Source: Vitrella brassicaformis CCMP3155 (Eukaryota > Protista > Chromerida). From it: DNA of 64,000 nt. Positions 37,640 to 49,771 of this stretch are shown here, piece after piece. Under the pieces are notes generated by a model. The model saw only the letters and a program-made list of their open reading frames with translations. It was not told the origin of the DNA and searched no databases. Where the stretch lies: assembly GCA_001179505.1 (NCBI GenBank), contig CDMY01000370.1, positions 33,513 to 97,512 of the forward strand. The letters are read 5' to 3'. Each line of letters starts with the position of its first letter. The stretch's first letter is position 1. The position numbers and the translations under genes are program-made.

Positions 37640-40600
37640 ATGGCGATGGCGGACGAGGTCGAGCCTCTCGTCGACGTTGAAGGTGGAAACACATACAACA
37701 AAGATGACCCTCAGCCTTTTCTGCACTGCAATGCCATCTGGATCTGTGTCTGTGTTTGTGTTGTGTGGTGTTGGATGTGTGTGACTGACCATCCTGACCA
37801 ATCCATCCATCCATCTATCCATCCATCCATCCCTGGGTGGCGTGGTCCATCAGAGTTGAGTGAGGATGAGGACGTCTTCGAGGTGGAGGAGCTCGACGAG
37901 GAGGGGCTGCCCGCCGAGGGTGAGGAGGACGAGGAGGAGGACGACATCAACGACCTCAACAAACTCATTGCACAGGCCAAGGAAACAAAAGGTCACACAG
38001 ACACACAGGCAGACAGACAAGCAAGGCAAGAAAGGATGCATGGATGGACGGTCGTGTTGGTTGTGTGGTTGAGTGTGGTGCAGAGGCTGAGGAGGAGGCG
38101 GGGAGGGCGCGGGGTCTGCCCGAGGCGTCCGAGCGTCCCGCCGTGGTCGACGACTTCATTCGCAACTTTCTCATGAAATTCAACATGAAAGAGACACTCG
38201 AGGCCTTCCAGGTCACACCGACTCACTCACCGACACACACACGCGCCGCGCCCTCGTCTCAATTGTGTCTCTGTGTCTGTGTCTGTGTCTGTGCATTGAT
38301 TCCTTCATTGGTTGATTGATTCAGAGTGAGTGGTACGAGCTGCAGGAGGCTGGGAAGCTGGCGGACAGTGAGGGTGCCCTGGTGGTCCCCGATGTTTACG
38401 TCACGCAGCAGACCATGGCTGACGAAATCCGATCACTCAAGACGGAGCTCAGCCAAACCAGGGCCATCGCTGCAAAGGCCAAGTGAGCTAGGGAGACAGA
38501 CAGACAAGAAGGGCGGGGATTCACTCACAAATGTGCAGGAAACGAGCGCGCGCGTCTGTGTGTGTGTGTGTGTGTGTGGCGACAGGTCTGGTTGGGACAA
38601 GTTTCGTAAGGAGCGTGATTTCCACCGGATGCACCACAGAAGGGTCGTGCAGGAGAAGAACAAACTCATCAGTAAGCCGATGGATGGATGGACGCTCTCA
38701 CCCAGCGAGTCATTGTTGCCATGTTGTCGACAACATTTACCGCAGCTGATCTGCGTCGCCTCAAGAAGCACTACGACCAGTATGAGCCCACCCTTCACGA
38801 ACTGAAAACAAGATACGAGGTCACAACACACCCGCCTTGTGGCATCCAGCTCTCCTTCGTCATCTCCCTTCACTGTGTGTCTCCCATCCCATGTGTCTGT
38901 CTGTCTGTCTGTCTGTCTTTCAGTCAGTGATGAAGGAGAAGATGCTGCTCCGTCTGGAGCGAGACCGCCTGTTGGGCAAAGTCGACACACTGCAGCGACA
39001 GACCACCAAGAAGTCAGAGGCCGGCGAGGTGGGTGCGGGCGCCACCACCGCCACCGGTGCGGCCGAGACATCGCTGCAGCAGCCCAGCACTTCCACCGCA
39101 CCGCAAGCCCGGCTTAAGGGCGGGCCGTCGCAGACAGAGGGCGTCTCCACTGAAGGTGAGTGAGCACACCAGTCTCACCCTGATTCCGGCCGTTCCCTCT
39201 GTGCGTGCGTGTGGTGCGCAGAGAGTCGTAAGCGTCGCCCGCAGCTGCAGGACACCCCCTGGCCGGCCGACGAGAGGCAGCGGAGGGGCGTCGGTGGGAT
39301 GCAGGTGACTGTCACCAGCACCGCCACCACCGGCCCCGCTGTCGACGCGGCCAGGCTCAAGCTGCACCGCACCTTCAAGGGCCACATGGCTGCCATCGCT
39401 GCCGTCGCCTTCCACCCCAAGATGCCACTCGGTAGGACACGCACACATCAACTGGACGGACCAGTCTGTCGATGAATTGAATGTCGTTATGTGCTGTGCT
39501 GTGTTGTGTTGTGTTGTGTTGTGTTGTATGTGCGTGCAGTGGCGACGGCGAGCGACGACCGCACGTGGAAGACCTGGTCGATGCCCGGCGGCGAGCTCGT
39601 CATGAGCGGGGAGGGGCACAGAGTGAGTGAACCAGTGAATGCGTGAGTGTAAGCATTTGCTGCCTTTCTCATTATCATCCACTGATACGTCATCAGGATT
39701 GGCTGAGCGGTGTGGTTTTCCATCCGCGCGGCAGTCGGTTGATCAGCACGTCGGGCGACGGCACCGCCAAGGTGTGGGATTTCGTCAAGGAGCGCTGTGT
39801 GCACACGTTCAAGGACCACTCGTCGGCAGTGTGGGGATGCGACGTACACTGTGGAGGTGAGATGCGCATCACAGATGCTAAGGGATCAATAAACGAACGA
39901 ACGGACACACACCCAGAGAGGGAGAGGCTGCTTTGTGTGTCTCTGTTGCTGTCTGTGTGTGTGTCTTGATTGCAGGCGACTTCCTTGTGACGGCCGGCAT
40001 GGACCACACCGCCCGCGTCTTTGACCTGAACAGGCAAGGAAAAACACATACATGGATCAGGACACGAGACATACAAGCCTGTCTAACAAGATGGTGTGGG
40101 CGTCGGTGTGTTCTTGCAGCCACCGGTGCCGGCAGACGCTTCGCGGCCACGTGGATGCTGTCAACTCGGCCAAGTTCCAGCCACAGAGCGCCATCATCTG
40201 CACCGCGTCGGGCGACAAAACGGTCACCGAGATCATTGACAAACGGTCAACGAATAGATGCTTGTGTATTGTTTGTTCGTCGCTTGATGCAGGTGTCTCT
40301 GTGGGACATGCGGTCAGGCCTGTGCGTGCAGACCTTCTACGGCCACAGCAACGCATGCAACCACGCCACCCTCAACTCACAGGCAGGAAAATAAACTGCT
40401 GTCATGTTAGGCAGCCAACCATTGGCGCACGAACCAAGGTGCTGTTTTTCTCCATGTCATCATATGTGTAATCAGGGTGCGGTCGTGGCGTCATCCGATG
40501 CTGACGGCATCGTCAAACTCTGGGACGTCCGAAAGATCGCCGAAATACTGCAAATCGACACAGGCACGGACACACGAACAGATAGGCGAAAGGGAGAGAC

Positions 40601-41013
40601 ACGTGTGTGGTGTGTGTGTGTGTGTGTGTGTGGGTGTGGGTGTATGTGTGTGTCCTGCTGTAGGTCGTTACCCCGCCAACGCAGCGGCATACGACCCGAG
40701 CGGCAACACGCTGGCCATCGCATCGGGGGACGCATCCATCAAACTGTACAACCAACACCACATCCATCCATCCATCCATTGGTGCACGTGTGTGGGTGGG
40801 GTGGCAGGTTCGATGTTGAGCAGCAAGCGTTTGTCAGCAACCTGGAGGGACACGAAGACGCTGTACAGGTGACAAGAAACAAACTTGTTTGTACTGGCTG
40901 ATGTGATATGCGGATGTGTCATTTGTCGAGTGCAGGATGTGGTGTTTGATCCCCGCGGCAGCATGCTCGTCTCGGCTTCATCAGACGCATCATTCAGAGT
41001 CTGGCAGCCATGA
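37640..41013 (+). CDS. SPAG16: PF20/SPAG16 central-apparatus WD40 protein; many exons
   Basis: ERPAVVDDFIRNFLMKFNMKETLEAFQ, WDKFRKERDFHRMHHRRVVQEKNKLI, YEPTLHEL..RYESVMKEKML..LERDRL, then 7 WD repeats (FKGHMAAIAAVAFHP...ASDDRTWK, GHRDWLSGVVFHP, etc.). Confidence 0.9.
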
Positions 41014-41239
41014 CACACACGCACACATGCGTCAACGAGTGCATGGACAAGAAGTTGCTCGATAAAGCCAATTCGTCGGTATACTGTGCGTCCACCACTC
41101 CATGCAGATACATACACACACGTGTACGTGTCCAAAGGACTGGCAGGGCTAGAGCAAGCAAAAAGAATCCGCACAGCCCACACACGCATCGATCAAGAGA
41201 AAGGCTCCACCACACATGACTGCTCCCCTTTCTGTCTGT

Positions 41240-41926
41240 CTATCCCCCTGGCTCGTCGTTCAACCGCTTCAAGATGTCGGCGAGCCCGCTGGAGAGGGCC
41301 GGCCCACGGCTGCTCTTGACCTTCTTCCTCGGATGGGCACCAGCGGCAGAAGAAGTGGCAGAAGCAGCAGCAGCTTCCCCGTCCCTCTCCCTCCCCTCCT
41401 CCTCAGGTGGGTGTGGACGCTTCTTGGACGCGTCCCGCGGCTTCTGCGCCTCGCTCTCCCGTGTATCACCCACCCTCCCGGTGCACTCGGCGTGCCGGTC
41501 TGTGGATCGGCAGCACTTGTAGCCCCACTGCTGCATGTCCGGGTCATAGTACGACCCCCAGACGGCCGTGTGGCCGTTGACGTGCACGTCCTCCTTGTAC
41601 TTGGACTTGTTGACGGGTCGGCTGGACTGGTCGACCTTGATGGGCTTCTGTGCCTTTGGCCTGCCCTGGTCCCTCTTGCCAGTGGCCTTCATCTCGGACT
41701 GAGTGGGCGTGAGCTCGGACATCTCGCGCTGCCGCACGGCGCGCCTGAGTTCCTCGATTTTGCTTTCCTCCTGTCTGCGCTCGAGCATCTCTTGCTGCAT
41801 CTTTTCCTCCCGCTTCTTCTTCTCCTCGGCCTGCCAGACCTTTTCGAGGTTCTGGAAGTTGCCCGGGTGGAAGGGCTTGTGCATGATGAAGTTGGCGCTC
41901 TTGCTGCCTATCTTGCCCATCCACAT
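41240..41926 (-). CDS. Intronless Cir_N (CWC25/CIR1-type) protein carrying a SLU7-like C-terminal Cys/His motif
   Basis: NFIMHKPFHPGNFQNLEKVWQAEEKKKREEK matches Cir_N. SKYKEDVHVNGHTAVWGSYY...QWGYKCC...CTG resembles the SLU7 motif. Confidence 0.8.
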   Translation of the reverse strand: MWMGKIGSKSANFIMHKPFHPGNFQNLEKVWQAEEKKKREEKMQQEMLERRQEESKIEELRRAVRQREMSELTPTQSEMKATGKRDQGRPKAQKPIKVDQSSRPVNKSKYKEDVHVNGHTAVWGSYYDPDMQQWGYKCCRSTDRHAECTGRVGDTRESEAQKPRDASKKRPHPPEEEGRERDGEAAAASATSSAAGAHPRKKVKSSRGPALSSGLADILKRLNDEPGG

Positions 41927-42220
41927 CTTGCCGACAGCTACAGATGACACAGGGGACCTCTCCGGGTCAGATGGGTGTCAGACGAACGAGGAACGATGGG
42001 GTGGCACGACAAAACGCCGACTCGATGTCGAGACGACGATGCGATGACAGGAAGGCCTCCTCGAAGCTGGTACACAGGCAATTCGCGGTTCGCTGGGCTG
42101 CTCCTTCCACTGCGAGCTTAAAAATCAAACTTAGGGCATTCGTGAAACCGCTCTCCAAGCGTGCCACGACGATCGCGTCGTTTCGAGCGCCAGCGGGACT
42201 CGCGCGCCGTCTGTGCATCC

Positions 42221-43019
42221 ATGGGAGCGGCAGAAGGGCGGCTGGTGGCTGACGGAGAGAGCATCGAAGCCAAACGTGACCATGTCGAGGGCGTGCTGCT
42301 GAGCGTCAAGGAGCGCCTGCAGCTGAGCCCCTACTTTGTGGATCAGGCGCTCTTACACATCAAGACGTAAGCAGAACCAACACACAGACGAACGCCGGCA
42401 ATTCATGGCACATGGACGGCTATTCGTCGCGCTGCTTGCTGTCTGTCTGTCTGTGTCAGTTTCCGTAGCCGTGGGATGCTCGATAAATTTGAGAAGCTGC
42501 TGATGGATATGGTGGGCGATGACAATGCGCCGGCAGAGCTGTCTGAGGACGAACGTCTGGCGCGTGTCCATCGATTCTGGAGTAAAGCATGCTTCCGGTG
42601 CGCGCAGATCACCAAGGGGGTGTCACCAGCAGCCGGTGGGGCATCGGATGAGGGAGAGGAAATCAGCACATTCGAGCGCAGGAAGGAGGAGCTGCAAAGG
42701 TCGGTGCGTCGGTGGGTGGGGAAGCGCAGGAAAGCCTCAGGCTGCATCCATGGCTTCATGGATGGATGGATTGGATGGATGTGTGTGCCATGCATTTTTC
42801 AGGTCGGTGGTGAGTGTCCTTGACGAGCTCGACTTGCCGCGTGCCAGTGACATCGTCTTCTCCCAAGTGGAGGACAGCATCGACTCGATGGAGGCCATCG
42901 ATCGCACTGAGGGGGCGCTGGCGGCACTGAGGGAGAGGGCAGCCGAGGATGGGTCAGAGATGAACCGTGCCGTCGCACTGACCCTCTTCCTTGCCGCCGT
43001 TGCAGGGCGGGACGTGTGA
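42221..43019 (+). CDS. Small helical hypothetical protein; 3 exons
   Basis: MGAAEGRLV...LLHIKT|FRSRGMLDKFEKLL...EELQR|SVVSVLDELDL...AGRDV*, with GT-AG junctions. Confidence 0.6.
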
Positions 43020-43121
43020 TGCCAGGCCGGGTGAACGCTTCACAGGTTCTGTCTGTACGTCTGTATGTGTACATACACGCTGTGCTGGGATGTGTGATTT
43101 TGTGTTTGGGTTTCGGGGGGG

Positions 43122-43421
43122 NNNNNNNNNNNNNNNNNNNNNNNNNNNNNNNNNNNNNNNNNNNNNNNNNNNNNNNNNNNNNNNNNNNNNNNNNNNNNNN
43201 NNNNNNNNNNNNNNNNNNNNNNNNNNNNNNNNNNNNNNNNNNNNNNNNNNNNNNNNNNNNNNNNNNNNNNNNNNNNNNNNNNNNNNNNNNNNNNNNNNNN
43301 NNNNNNNNNNNNNNNNNNNNNNNNNNNNNNNNNNNNNNNNNNNNNNNNNNNNNNNNNNNNNNNNNNNNNNNNNNNNNNNNNNNNNNNNNNNNNNNNNNNN
43401 NNNNNNNNNNNNNNNNNNNNN
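43122..43421. other. Scaffold gap (300 N) preceded by a G run
   Basis: Run of N. Confidence 0.99.
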
Positions 43422-44131
43422 GGCCACAGGTCAGACTGGTTGCCTTGCATGATTGTGTAGGTACCATGCCATGCCTGGGTAGCAAAGGACCCCTCTTCAT
43501 GCCATGGATGGATGGGTGGATATGGTATACATTATCCACATGTCTTGACGACGAACTGATTATCCACACACACATGCGATGCGTACAGGCAGCCAAGGCA
43601 GCACATACATAAAAGAGACTACGTACACGATGTGTATGCCCGGCTCAAGACAAGACTAGACTACACGAATGAATCAGCGGCAGGACGGCTACTGTGTCTG
43701 TGTCCACGTGTTTGCTTGATTGCCTGCCTCTCTGGAACACACCTCACAATGGCACCTCACAAGGAAACACACAAACATCCTAATATGTACATGAGGCCAA
43801 AGTCAAAGTAGAGGAGACAGCTGAAGCTCAAACTCTCTAGCTCACACGACACAGGCAGGCGCATCAAATCGACAGTGACTGACTGACACGTACGCGCGTC
43901 CAAATAAACGTCCAAATAAACACAGACAGACGGACATGCACTGTACACATGCACAGCACAACATGCATCCATCAGAAACACAGAGCTCTGCATGGACTGG
44001 ACTCATCTACTCGAGACGACGAGAGAAACAAGATAGAAACGACGAAACAGAAAAGGAGAAAAGGTCGAATGTCAGGACAGCTGGCTGTTGATGATCTTTC
44101 CCCCGTGTGCGTCCCCCCTCCCTCTCCTCTC

Positions 44132-44850
44132 TCAGTCTGTTGACTGTCGATGTCTGACAGGCCCTGCCTTATCATCAGCCAGCAGCTGCTCAGGCACCTG
44201 CTCGTCAACGTCCCCCGCAGCCTCACCACTCGGCGACAACAGAGCCTCCACACCTGAATAAGTGAAAGCAAATTAACCAGCACACAAGCCAATCCTCTCT
44301 GTCTGGCCTGGTACCTCCCTCCCTTCATCCCTTGGTTCATTCCTTCTCGACTAACCTCGCTGTTGCTGCAGGTCGGCAAGGCGGGCGTCGCACCGCTTTT
44401 GTATCTTCACGGCGCGCTCGATGAGCGCCTCATGCTCAGAGAGCATCTCGGAAGCCCACGTGACATCCCCCAAGCGCAGCTGCTCGGTTGCTTCATCGTC
44501 CGCAGCAAGGGCCTTTTGCCGCCTCTCGTCAATCAGGCCGAGTAGCCAGACGCGGCTCTTGCCGCTCCTGTCCACCGCACGTTGGCACTCCCCCAGCAGC
44601 TCCTGTAGCACCGACAGGCTCATGCTCGACACTTCCTTGCGCTCATGCTCGGACGCCGCATCTGAGTAAGGACACACACACACACACACACAGAGACAGA
44701 CACAAACGCAGTATGGAGCATCCATATCTATTTCTGCCGTACTTTCTCGCTGACCGTGAGCTTTAACAAGGCTCAGGCGATACTCGGCCCTTTCGTGACG
44801 GATGGTGCCATTTTTGACGCGCACCTCAGCCTGGTGTAGCTGCTGACTCG
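44132..44850 (-). CDS. 3' exons of a coiled-coil hypothetical protein (5' end unresolved)
   Basis: ...EVRVKNGTIRHERAEYRLSLVKAH|DAASEHERKEV...DARLADLQQQR|GVEALLSPSGE...RHRQSTD*, with in-frame splices. No start codon was found. Confidence 0.5.
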
Positions 44851-47382
44851 CAGCAGGGGAATCACGATGGACTCATCTCCATGGACTCATATTTGGCGTA
44901 CAGAGAGGTGTGCGGGCCGGGCCATATGCTGTATGCTATCAGACGTGTGCAGGTGAGCCGTTAGCCAAAGACCGACATGACAAGGTGAGGTGGTGAGGTG
45001 GTGTCCGTCAGTCAACACATACCCGTGACGTGTGCAATGCAATCATGATGTGATGCATCCCATCCAGTCACACTCTCGTCCAGTCCACGAACGAAACACC
45101 CACCGACGACAGCCAAGCCAAAGCAAACCAGGCCAGGCAGACACAAACAAAAAGACTTTCCCAACAGCGAACGTACCACAACGCATGCTCACTCACTCGA
45201 TGCGTCCAACCCCCCCTTCCCGTTTCATACCCACCCACATAAGTGCATGTGTGAAGGCCCCACCTCTGTCTGCTGCAGCAGTGTGCACATACAGACAGCA
45301 GGCAGTGGGTCGGGGCAACATACATTCAGGTGTGTGACCAAAAATCGGTGCATGGCATGGATGAGTCGACGGATGAATGAATGCCCCCACTGCTTTGCTC
45401 CCAAATGAATGAATGGAATGAATATGCCTGGATGCGACACGTATGATACGAGGCGGCCGGCGATTTCTGGAAGGGATCACCGCCCTGTGCAATCAAGGGC
45501 TCCTCTCGCCTATCCCCTTGACCGTCTCCCCACTGCGCGTGCAAACACAGAGGAGAGAACATCAAGGAGACGTGGCACAAGGAGCGACTCCACAGGACGA
45601 TGTCACCCATCCCAAGGCAAGTCAGTGTGTCAGTCAGGTAACATGGGTGTGTGAGAGGCCGTTGCTCGTTGTGGTGTGGTGTGGTGTGTCGTGCCGTGGT
45701 GGGCTCCTTGGCCCACGGTGGGTGGTGAATGCACCTCACCCCACTGAGCCTAGCGCTAGACGAACGAGACAGACAGTCAGGCAGGCAAGACAGAAGAGGG
45801 AAAGGGAGACAGACAGACAGACAGACAGACAGGGAGGACAGAAGGCAGGTCCTCTCGGCGCGTGCGTGCGTCAGGTAGGGTAGGGCAAGCAGACAGGTAG
45901 GCTAGACTAGGCTAGACTCATCATACATACATGTAATACGTAGGTACGTAATCACATCATCACATCCATGTAGTGGATATGCACTCACTCATGGCAATCG
46001 AATCGTGTCAACTCAGGAGGAGTAACAAGAAGACAACACAACACAACATGGCCAGGCCGACGAATTGCCTTTTCTTCCCTGCCTGCCAGTTGTCTGTTGT
46101 CAGGTAGGAGTGCGGAAATCTCCAAGGCGGAGTGTGTGTGGACGCGCTTTCACCGAATGTGTGTTATCTGTGCGAGTGAGTCCATCCGTTCACACAGGCA
46201 GTGTATCATCGAAAAGAACCAGGGAGGGGCGGAGGAAGAAAACAGTGTGCAGCGGTCAGTCAGCCAACTACCTACCTACCCGTGTGGAGAGTCCGACAGT
46301 CCATCCGTCCATCCATCCGTCAGGCGCTCACGCACCATCACGTTGCACGCATGAATGCAATGCATGTTTTCACGCACGTCTCATCAAACACTCGTCGGCA
46401 TACACGTGCGTGAGCATCCATCCATGCATCCATCCATGCAGGCCTCCCTCTTTCCCTCCCTTGCCTGACTGACGGACCTCCCCATGCGCCAGTGGTACGC
46501 ACTGCGATGGCGGCTGTCAAGAAACTCCACACACATTGCATTCATTGAGTCTCTCATCCATCCATCCATCCGAGTACACACAGGCAGTGAGTGTGTTGTG
46601 AGTGTCAACGGCTATGCTACAGGCAGGCAGGCAGGCAGGCATTCTTGTCAGATTGCCAGTGCGAAAAGGAAAGCAAGAGACAGAGAGAGATAAGTATGAA
46701 GTAGGTACCAAGGGGCGGCGAGACAACACGACACAACACAACACAACCGTCCCCCCGCGGCAAAAAGATCACAACACAGCGACACGCACACAGAAAGAAA
46801 AGTGACACAGGTACGCACACAGGTACACACACACGCAGACACACACACACTCACACACACGAACATGCAGACAGATTTGCTCCGCTCGCTGGTTGGCAGC
46901 CGAAACACAGCCAGTCGGTTGTCGCGGTGGCCAAAATTGTCCGCTCGTCAGCCGTCCACCAATCGACCCACCCATCCATCTCACTCACTCAGACACAGAA
47001 AAAGCTCATTCGTGTACACGGCAGGCACGGCAGGCAGCTCATGCATGGATCACATCAATCAGTGGAGGGTAGACAGACGGAAGGGCCGAAGCATGGAGAT
47101 GCAGAGGTCCACCCGGCAGGCCACAGGACCATCTGCAGCATGCAGAATGACCCCCCCCCCTCTCCATGCCTCCCTCTCCCCTGCCCCCCCACCCTCCCTG
47201 AGACAAAAATGCCGTGTGATCGCCCGCCAACGCCATTCGACCCTCAATCAAGCTCACCACCCACCCACCCCATATCGACAGACGCACATGCCTCCTCTAC
47301 CCACCCCTCCCACCCCTCAGGATGGCAAGAGAGAGAGAGAGAGAGTGGTAGGTCTATCTATTTGTTTGCCTATGCGGTCGAT

Positions 47383-49429
47383 TTATTGTGTCTTGGAGGT
47401 CATGTAGTCCTTGAGGACGGTGAGTGCCGTCTTGATGGTCTCCTGGCTGGCGGACGAGTAGGCGAAACGGACATAGTGGTCCTGAAGGAAGGAGCCAACA
47501 CACAAGCACAGCACAGCAGAGACCGATGCGATGCAGCCCTGTTTGCTGGGTGTGGTATTGTGTTGTGTCTTGTTGTGTTGTGTTGTTGTGCTTACGGTGT
47601 CGAAGGACTGTGCCTCTCCGAAGTGTTCGCGTGTGCAGAACGACACGCCGGTCTCGGCGAGGATGGAGCGGCGGAAGTCCTCGATGTTCTTGAATCCCAA
47701 CATGTCCATCGCCTAAGCACACACACACACATCCATGCATCCATCCATCCAAGTATGCCTCTCTCTCTCTCTCCGTCCGTCTATCCCTCCCTGAATCTCA
47801 CCTTGGTGACCTTAACGCAGAGGTAGAAAGTGGATGGCGGCGTGAAGCAGCTGAAGCCCGGCACCTCATTGACCAGCTTGACGAGCAGGTCGCGGCGGTC
47901 CTTGAGCTCAGCGAGCATGTCAAAGAGGAACTGGTCGGTCTGCTTGCGCTTCTCGAGGCACTCGACCGAGGCGTGCTGGAGGAAGTGGCTGGTGCACGCT
48001 TCCATGTTGGTGTTGAGCTTCGTGATCTGGTCTATCACCTCCTTCGGACCGATCGCCGCACCCACACGCCACCTGACACACGACATGTCACATGAATGAA
48101 TGAAGCACACACACAGACACAGGGACAGAGGGTGAGCTGCATACAGCACTCTCGGCACTGAGTGCCTCACTGACCCGGTCATGGCGTAGTTTTTGCTGAA
48201 GGTGTAGAGGATGACGGTGCGGTCCTGCATGCCCGGGAGGGATGCGATGGATCTGTGCTCGAACTTGGCATCGTCGTAGACGATGTCGAAGTAGGGCTCG
48301 TCCGACAAGACCCACAGGTCGTGCTGGATGCACAGGTCAGCCAACGCCTGCATCTCCTCAGGGGAACTGACAGACATCGACCATTACCACACACACACAC
48401 ACACAGCATACCGAACACACAATCAATGCACCCATGGTGTGTGTGTGTGTCACCTGAGTGCGCCCATGGGGTTAGAGGGGTTGTTGTAGATGAGGACCTT
48501 GGTCTTGGGAGTGATGAGGGACCTGATCTGGTCGATGTCAATCTTGAACTCGCTACCGGTGTCGATGTAGGTGTAGGCCTTGGGCACACCACCGTGGTAG
48601 TCTATCAGCGACTCGTAGATCGGGTAACCAGGCGAAGGATACAACACCTGACACACACACAGATAGACAGACAGACAGACAGACAACAAATGCAGTCAGT
48701 GTCGGGGTGCGTTGTGTTGTGTGATTGATCTGATCTGAAGAGTGTGGGTAGGTATACCTCCTCGCCATCCTCGACGACGGAGAGCAGGAACTTGCCAATG
48801 ACGGGCTTGCCACCGGGCTGAACCGACACGTTCTCCATCGTGTACTCGATGCCGCGGTCACCGCCGATACGCTACAGGACCACACACACAACACACAACA
48901 CACCAGCACGCATCACACGGAGTTCCCCATGTTGTCTTGTCCGCCCTCCCTCCCTCCATGTGTGGCTCTCCCCTCCCCGTCACTGACTGACTGACCTGTG
49001 CGAGTGCCTTTCTGAGTTCCGGAATGCCTGCAGCAGGGCAGTATCCGGTCTTGCCAGCATCGAGGGACTTCTTGGCGGCATCGATCACAACCTGGGGAGT
49101 GCTGAAGTTCAGATCACCGATGTGAAACGGGTAGATGGTCTTGCCTGAAAGACAAGACAGACACCACACATCACGCACACAGAGGGGACACACAGCGACA
49201 AGGCCTAGTGAGACATGACCTCAGAGCGCCCAGATGACACCCCACAAGCCGTCAGGGCCCTCCCACGCCCTCGACGCACCCTGCTGTCTTGTCCTCCCCC
49301 TACCCACCCCGTGTCGTGTCTTCATCACTCACCCTTGGCTTTGAGCTGCGATGCCTCGAGTGACACGGCGTAGGCGGTCTCGGTGCCAAGCCGGTTCGTG
49401 CGCTCGGGACGGCTGTACACGGCGGGCAT
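47383..49429 (-). CDS. PLP-dependent class I/II aminotransferase (AspC/aspartate aminotransferase-like)
   Basis: GDLNFSTPQVVIDAAKKSL..GKTGYCPAAGIPELRKALA, PSPGYPIY, YNNPSNPMG, VLSDEPY, PLP-lysine motif TFSKNYAMTG|WRVG, PPSTFY, VRFAYS. Confidence 0.92.
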
Positions 49430-49771
49430 GATGGTAAACTCCGACAACAAAGAAGACAGACAAGAATCCGATAGGGAGCTAGTTAGCACAAAGTCGGGTA
49501 GGCAGGCAGGATACTCACAGCAAAATCGACAGACAGCACACACTGCTGGCTGCACAACACAACGAGCGGAAGCGGAAATCAGCACACGCACGCACGCGGA
49601 GAGGCACTGCGAGCTGAGAAAAGGGTAAGGACAAGCTCGCAGTCTGGCAACCGAAAGGCACACACGCCGCAGCGGATCTGCAGCACATGACAAGCTGCGC
49701 ATATCCTGGGGATTATGGCGTCGTTTGTGAGCGCACAGCGGAGGAGGATCTGATAGTGACCGTCTGATGTG

